Shown piece after piece: positions 59,225 to 64,000 of a stretch of DNA of 64,000 bases; the stretch's first letter is position 1; each line of letters begins with the position of its first letter. The stretch is from Chloroflexota bacterium (GTDB lineage: Bacteria > Chloroflexota > Dormibacteria > Dormibacterales > Dormibacteraceae): the NCBI GenBank assembly GCA_005882115.1, contig VBEG01000021.1, forward strand, positions 25,498-89,497, in the 5' to 3' direction. The notes below the pieces were generated by a model. It saw only the letters and a program-made list of their open reading frames with translations. It made no database searches and was not told the DNA's origin. Position numbers and translations under genes: made by a program.

Positions 59225-60174
59225 GCGAAATCTATCGGTGCGAGCGCCTCGCGCTTGACCTCCAGATGGAAGATGTCCGGCCGTCCGTAGTGCCCGGCGA
59301 CGTCCAGCGTCCGCTTGGCGGCTGAGGCGACGGCAGGGTCGCAGTCCGCGTACAGGATTCCGTGCTGCTCATGCAGGGGTCCGGCAACGAGCACTCCTCG
59401 CGGGTTGACGATCACCGAGTCGCCCGGGTTGTACCAGGACAAGAGGTCGGGAAAGAGCTTGGTTCGCTGCGGGAAGTCTTTCGGGATGTCCTTGCCGCGC
59501 ATCGCGCAGCCCGTGCCGAGCACCCAGCAGCGTCCTTCCGCCGCGATATGACGCATGGTCGAGATCCACGTCTCGCCCTCGTCCCACGTCGGCGCGATGT
59601 AGATCTCGCAACCCTGCGCGTACAGCGCGAACCGCACGAGAGGCATGTAGTTCTCCCAGCAGATGAGGCCGCCGACGCGACCCATCGGCGTGTCGCTGAC
59701 GCGGAGCCCGCTTGCGTCCCCCATCCCCCAGACCATGCGCTCGGGGTTGGTCGGTACCAGCTTGCGGTGGCGGTTCAGCACCGCGCCGTCCGAGCCGATC
59801 AGGACGGCGGTGTTGTAGAGGGTGCCACGGCTGAACTCGCCGTCACGCTCGTGAACGCCGATCGAAACTGTGATCTTCAGGCGTCGCGCTGCAGCCTGGA
59901 TCAGCTTCAGGTCGCCGGCTTTGAGGTCGACCGAGTTTTCGATCAGGCGGCGGTGGATCTCACCGGTCAGCTTGTAATCGCCGCCCGGGCGCAGCCGCCA
60001 CATCCACTCCGGGTAGCCGGGCACCCACGTTTCGGGAAACGAGATGAGACGCGCCCCGGCTGACGCGGCCTTCTCGATCAGCTCGACGCCACGCTCGAGC
60101 GTCTTCCGCCGGTCCAGCGTGACCGGCGGATGCTGGATGACCGCGACCTTGTGCGTGCCCGCTCGCTTAGGCAT
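59221..60174 (-). CDS. nitrilase / carbon-nitrogen hydrolase family protein
   Basis: E-K-C triad contexts FPETW, HRKLVPT and LICWEN. Confidence 0.85.
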   Translation of the reverse strand: MPKRAGTHKVAVIQHPPVTLDRRKTLERGVELIEKAASAGARLISFPETWVPGYPEWMWRLRPGGDYKLTGEIHRRLIENSVDLKAGDLKLIQAAARRLKITVSIGVHERDGEFSRGTLYNTAVLIGSDGAVLNRHRKLVPTNPERMVWGMGDASGLRVSDTPMGRVGGLICWENYMPLVRFALYAQGCEIYIAPTWDEGETWISTMRHIAAEGRCWVLGTGCAMRGKDIPKDFPQRTKLFPDLLSWYNPGDSVIVNPRGVLVAGPLHEQHGILYADCDPAVASAAKRTLDVAGHYGRPDIFHLEVKREALAPIDFA

Positions 60175-61075
60175 TCGGCACAGGGTAGTCGCCCGCACGC
60201 GCCAGCATCCCGGGGAGGTCCTTGCCGAGCTGGCCGCCGAGCCACCGCGATGTGGCGACGAGCGCGTCGAGGTCGATGCCGGTTTCAATACCCTGCCCTC
60301 GAAGCAGATAGAGAAGGTCCTCGGTGGCGATGTTGCCGGTCGCGTTCGGCGCGAAGGGACACCCGCCGGCGCCGCCGACGGACGCGTCGAGCGAGACGAC
60401 ACCGTCCTCCAGCGCGGCGACCGCGTTTGCGTAGCCGGTGTTGCGCGTGTTGTGGAAGTGGGCGCCGACAGTCGCGCCCAATTCCCGAGCGCCGCGAACA
60501 AGCTCGTGGACCTGTGCGGGAACGCCGACGCCGATCGTGTCCGCGATGCAGATCTCATCAGGTGGCACGGCCATCAATCGTTCCACGATCTGCAACACCC
60601 GCCGTGGGGCGACCGGGCCGTCGAACGGGCTGCCGAACGCGACGCTGATCGTGACGGTGACCGGCATGCGATCGCTTCGCGCGCGAGCGACCAGCCCCAA
60701 GGCGGTCTTCAGGCCTTCGTCTGTCGTTGCGTTCTGATTGCGGCGACCGAACTCGTCGGCCGCGGAGAATGCGTAGTGAAGCTCATCGACGCCTGCGGAG
60801 AGCGCTCGCTCGTATCCCTTCTCGTTTAGTACAAGCCCGGCATAGGCCACGCCGGGCTTGCGGTGAAGAGCAGTCATCACCTCTTCCGCGCCCGCCATTT
60901 GGGGCACGAGCTTGGGGTTGACGAAACTCGCGGCCTCCATGCGCTTCACGCCTGCCGCGGCCAGGCGGTCGCACAGCTCCGCGCGCACGGCTGGGCTCAG
61001 GGTCTTGGCTTCGTTCTGGAGGCCGTCGCGCGGCCCTACGTCGCAGACGATCACATAGATAAAGGTAGGCCCCAT
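60167..61075 (-). CDS. hydroxymethylglutaryl-CoA lyase (HMGL-like)
   Basis: DVGPRDGLQNE, FVNPKLVPQMA, HFHNTRNTGYAN and GGCPFAP. Confidence 0.85.
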   Translation of the reverse strand: MGPTFIYVIVCDVGPRDGLQNEAKTLSPAVRAELCDRLAAAGVKRMEAASFVNPKLVPQMAGAEEVMTALHRKPGVAYAGLVLNEKGYERALSAGVDELHYAFSAADEFGRRNQNATTDEGLKTALGLVARARSDRMPVTVTISVAFGSPFDGPVAPRRVLQIVERLMAVPPDEICIADTIGVGVPAQVHELVRGARELGATVGAHFHNTRNTGYANAVAALEDGVVSLDASVGGAGGCPFAPNATGNIATEDLLYLLRGQGIETGIDLDALVATSRWLGGQLGKDLPGMLARAGDYPVPNA

Positions 61076-61094
61076 CCCCGGCCTGCGGCCGGTA

Positions 61095-61114
61095 CTTTCC
61101 CATGAATGGGGAAG
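61095..61114. terminator. TCCCC/GGGGA hairpin element (TGAA loop) directly 3' of the phosphoesterase gene
   Basis: ctttccca tgaa tggggaag, followed by agtt. Near-identical to 45827-45850. Confidence 0.5.
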
Positions 61115-61116
61115 AG

Positions 61117-61926
61117 TTACCCGATCAGGTCGGTCATCGCCGAAGCAGTTTTGGCTTGGCCCAGCCGCTCGACCCCGAGCAGGTCTTCAATCGTCGCGAG
61201 CAACGAGTAATGCGTGTACTCGCGGGCACTCGTCCGGTGGCCCAGGTCGGGCGTCACCACGATCGTCAGGACCCGGTTGTCCGCTGTGCTGTCGTCCTCG
61301 TCGTAGGTGATGAACAGCACGCCGTTGGACTTGAACGCCTTCGACGCGGTGATCTGCGCCACCTCCCGGCGCAGCCAGTCGTCTCCGACCGAGACGTCGC
61401 AGTCATGGGTGTTGTGGCAGTCATCCGGCGTGATCCACACAAAGCGCGGCGTATCGCCGGCGAGGTCCGCGGCCAGAGAATCGTGGGGGACGACGTTCGG
61501 TGGGCACTGACCGCCGTAGTAAGCAAACGGGTTGTGGCCAGGATCGTAAGGCGTCGGGCTATCGATGCACTGGCCGGTCGTCATGCCCTCCATGTAGGCG
61601 CGCCAGGTGACCCCAGCTTTCGTGAGCTGTGTCCCGAGGTCGGCTCGCGGTAGCACGTGAAAGCTGTCGTCGGTCACCCCCCACGTCGAACCTGAGGTGA
61701 GCGCCAGGTAGTTCGGAACGCTCGGGTGGGTTATCGCGTGGTAGTTCTCGGCGACTCCGTACTTGTCAGCGAGCGATGCCATGAACGGGCCCGAGAGCGC
61801 CTGCTCGGGCGTGTGGTTCTCCATCACGATGAGGAAGACATGCCTTTGTGTTTTGCCTGGCGATGGCGAGTCACTGCAGGCCGCGAGCAGGACGGCGACA
61901 AGCGCCATTGTCGCCGCGACCCTCAT
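61117..61926 (-). CDS. secreted phosphoesterase-family protein (acid phosphatase / phospholipase C-like)
   Basis: Lipobox LLAACS. VFLIVMENH and HPSVPNYLALTSG motifs. Confidence 0.7.
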   Translation of the reverse strand: MRVAATMALVAVLLAACSDSPSPGKTQRHVFLIVMENHTPEQALSGPFMASLADKYGVAENYHAITHPSVPNYLALTSGSTWGVTDDSFHVLPRADLGTQLTKAGVTWRAYMEGMTTGQCIDSPTPYDPGHNPFAYYGGQCPPNVVPHDSLAADLAGDTPRFVWITPDDCHNTHDCDVSVGDDWLRREVAQITASKAFKSNGVLFITYDEDDSTADNRVLTIVVTPDLGHRTSAREYTHYSLLATIEDLLGVERLGQAKTASAMTDLIG

Positions 61927-62000
61927 CCCTTCCTAGGTTACCGGGCGTTGGTCTGAGGAATCTCTAAGGTGAACGACTCACGGTGAGCGTCGCATGCGCG

Positions 62001-62028
62001 TTGACAAAATTGATCTGACAGGTATCGT
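62001..62028 (+). promoter_or_regulatory. sigma-70-like promoter TTGACA-16-TATCGT upstream of the sugar ABC operon
   Basis: TTGACA 62001-62006 and TATCGT 62023-62028. GAGGAGGAG lies 5 nt before the ATG at 62095. Confidence 0.45.
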
Positions 62029-62094
62029 TCGGCGGAGGACTAGAGCCCGCAGCTCGTGTGCACCCGGTGCAACCGGTCAGAGAGGAGGAGTCAG

Positions 62095-63498
62095 ATGGGT
62101 GATTCGCGCGGTCCCAAGATCGCCGGCTCGTCGGAGAGGATCCTGATCCCGGGCACTGGCATCGAACTGCCCGTAGATTTCGACCTCTCGCGGCGCGACA
62201 TGCTAAAGATCGCCGGTTACGGGAGCCTGGCGGCCTTTATCGCAGCGTGTGGCGGCACGACCCCCACCACGACGAGCGGTTCGGTCACGGCCAAGGGCGG
62301 AAGCATGTCAATTGGAAGCTACCTGTCGGACGCTGTGCCTAAGAAAGGCCTCCAGGATGTTGTCGACGCCTTCACGAGCGCGAACGGCGGCACCAAAGTC
62401 AAGGTCAACACAGTTGACCATGGCACCTTCCAGAACACGATCAACAATTACCTTCAGGCCACGCCGGAAGACATCTTCACGTGGTTCTCCGGGCACCGCA
62501 TGCGGTTCTTCGCCAAGAAAGGCCTGGCGCAGCCCATCGACGACGTCTGGAACGATGTCAAAAGCAACTTCACCGAAGGTTTCGCTGCTTCAGTCAAGGG
62601 GGACGACGGTCACGTCTACGCGGTCCCAACCTCCTACTACCCGTGGGCCATCTTCTACCGCAAGGACGTGTTCACAGCGCGCAACTACAAGATTCCGACC
62701 AACTGGGACGACTTCATCAAGCTCTGCCAGCAGATGAAGAAGGACAACTTGATCCCGATGGCTTTTGCCGACAAGGACGGCTGGCCGGCGATGGGTACCT
62801 TCGACATCCTGAACCTCCGCATGAACGGCTACGACTTCCACGTCGGGCTGTGCGGGGGCCAGCAGAAGTGGACGGATCCAAAGGTCGCCAACGTGTTCAA
62901 GAAGTGGGCGGAGCTCACGCCTTACTACTCACCCGCCTTTGCGGGCCTCACGTGGCAGGAAGCGGCGCAGCAGCTGCGCCAGAAAAAGGCGGGAATGTAC
63001 CTGCTGGGCCTGTTCGTGTCCGAGCAGTTCGTGTCCGGAGGCAACGCCGACGACATCAACCAGCTCGACTTCTTCCCCTTCCCGGACCTGGGCACTCAGT
63101 ACGACTCGGAGAAGGCACTCGACGCGCCGATCGATGTCTACATGCTTGCCAAGAAATCGCCGACGCTGGGCACCGACTCAGGCCAGGCAAAGGCGTTTCT
63201 CGAGTTCATGTCGAAGGGCTCCTCGCAGATCACCTACTGGAAGGCCTCGCCAGGAGCGATCCCCACGGCGAACGACGCCGACCCCAGCCAATACCCGGCA
63301 TTGACCAAGAAGGCGGCCCAGATCGTGAGCGGCGCCAAGCGCATCACACAGTTCTTCGACCGCGACTCGCGACCTGACTTCTCGGGACCCAACGCTATGC
63401 AGGGGTTCTTGCTGAGATACCTCTCGAGCCCCAAGCAGGACACCTCGAGCCTGCAGGGTCAGATGCAGAGCTTCTGGGACTCTCTAACGCCGGAGTAG
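62095..63498 (+). CDS. carbohydrate ABC transporter substrate-binding lipoprotein (SBP family 1) with Tat-type signal
   Basis: SRRDMLKIAGYGSLAAFIAACGG signal/lipobox. SBP_bac_1 pattern. Confidence 0.8.
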   Translation: MGDSRGPKIAGSSERILIPGTGIELPVDFDLSRRDMLKIAGYGSLAAFIAACGGTTPTTTSGSVTAKGGSMSIGSYLSDAVPKKGLQDVVDAFTSANGGTKVKVNTVDHGTFQNTINNYLQATPEDIFTWFSGHRMRFFAKKGLAQPIDDVWNDVKSNFTEGFAASVKGDDGHVYAVPTSYYPWAIFYRKDVFTARNYKIPTNWDDFIKLCQQMKKDNLIPMAFADKDGWPAMGTFDILNLRMNGYDFHVGLCGGQQKWTDPKVANVFKKWAELTPYYSPAFAGLTWQEAAQQLRQKKAGMYLLGLFVSEQFVSGGNADDINQLDFFPFPDLGTQYDSEKALDAPIDVYMLAKKSPTLGTDSGQAKAFLEFMSKGSSQITYWKASPGAIPTANDADPSQYPALTKKAAQIVSGAKRITQFFDRDSRPDFSGPNAMQGFLLRYLSSPKQDTSSLQGQMQSFWDSLTPE

Positions 63499-63520
63499 AA
63501 CCGATACGCTGATCTGAGCA

Positions 63521-64000
63521 GTGGCGACGAGCATCACCCCCGCTCGGGAGGATTCGCCCGAGGCGGGGGAGCTCGCGCCGACCAGGCGCGGCCGCTACAA
63601 CGTCCTCACGCGCTATGACCGGCGCGTCCTCATGCTCATGGTGGGCATCCCGCTGCTGCTAGAAATCATCTTCATCTGGTGGCCGACTCTTTCGTCGATC
63701 CTCCTTTCCTTCACCAACTACGACGGCGTAGGCGACGTGGGACCGCAGAACTTTGTCGGCCTGAAGAACTACCAATTCATGTTCTCGGGCTACACGCTCT
63801 TCTGGCCGGCGTTCTTCCACAACGTGATCTGGCTGGCATGGCTCGCGTTCATCGCCACGCCGATCGGCATCTTCTTCGCCGTCCTCCTCGACCGCGAGTT
63901 AAGCGGCACGGCCTTTTACCAGAGCGTGTTTTTCCTGCCCGTGGTGCTCTCGCTCGTCATCGTCGGCTTCATTTGGGAGCTGCAGTTCAGCCCCACGGAA
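63521..64000 (+). CDS. carbohydrate ABC transporter permease (5' part; runs off the window)
   Basis: GTG start. The open frame to the window edge encodes TM segments (VLMLMVGIPLLLEIIFIWWP..., LAWLAFIATPIGIFFAVLL...). Confidence 0.7.
   Translation, partial: MATSITPAREDSPEAGELAPTRRGRYNVLTRYDRRVLMLMVGIPLLLEIIFIWWPTLSSILLSFTNYDGVGDVGPQNFVGLKNYQFMFSGYTLFWPAFFHNVIWLAWLAFIATPIGIFFAVLLDRELSGTAFYQSVFFLPVVLSLVIVGFIWELQFSPTE

Overview
High-GC, very tightly packed bacterial chromosome segment. The gene content points to a soil monoderm-type lineage (Actinomycetota-, Chloroflexota- or Dormibacterota-like): F420-type PPOX/LLM/DDN enzymes, an ECF41 sigma factor, an LCP protein, a LysM-CHAP hydrolase, trehalose-6-P synthase and an R2lox. 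I cannot place it more precisely.

I call about 70 CDS, two tRNAs (Tyr-GTA, Arg-TCT) and one IS481-family insertion sequence. There are no rRNA genes, CRISPR arrays or prophage genes.

Main blocks:
- An orphan CheB / CheR-PAS module next to a receiver-less wHTH regulator.
- An SOS-boxed Y-family polymerase.
- An MFS / RibD_C / PPOX operon.
- An ECF41 sigma factor.
- A TetR-controlled membrane operon.
- A Fur-family regulator divergent from a TroA/Znu-type metal ABC importer.
- A DUF1206 / lipid kinase / 2x PAP2 operon.
- R2lox, and a USP-OtsA pair.
- A Liv-type ABC importer with an FAH hydrolase and a GntR regulator.
- An envelope cluster: LysM-CHAP, GT51, LCP and a PD40 protein.
- A two-component system with an embedded secreted protein.
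- A putative Mg2+ cluster: an NRAMP-related transporter with Mg-type site substitutions, preceded by a soluble MgtE_N/CBS protein and a CDF-like membrane protein.

Observations worth a second look:
- The NRMT/MgtE_N split arrangement.
- CheB has no canonical start codon and sits behind a receiver-domain remnant with CTGA stop/start coupling.
- MCP-like EExx[ST][ST] heptads lie inside the CheR-PAS protein.
- 13-bp-periodic TTGCRCAAG boxes fill the Fur/ABC divergent region.
- A STAS-like ORF is interrupted by an in-frame TAG and lies antisense to the sigma gene.
- The IS481 element has a 16-bp target duplication that includes the tRNA-Tyr 3' end.
- A family of TCCCC/GGGGA hairpins sits at gene ends.
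- A 340-bp structured leader precedes the LysM-CHAP gene.
- Pervasive NTGA start/stop overlaps, plus four convergent gene pairs that share a CTAG stop.

All functional calls come from motif recognition by eye. No searches were run.
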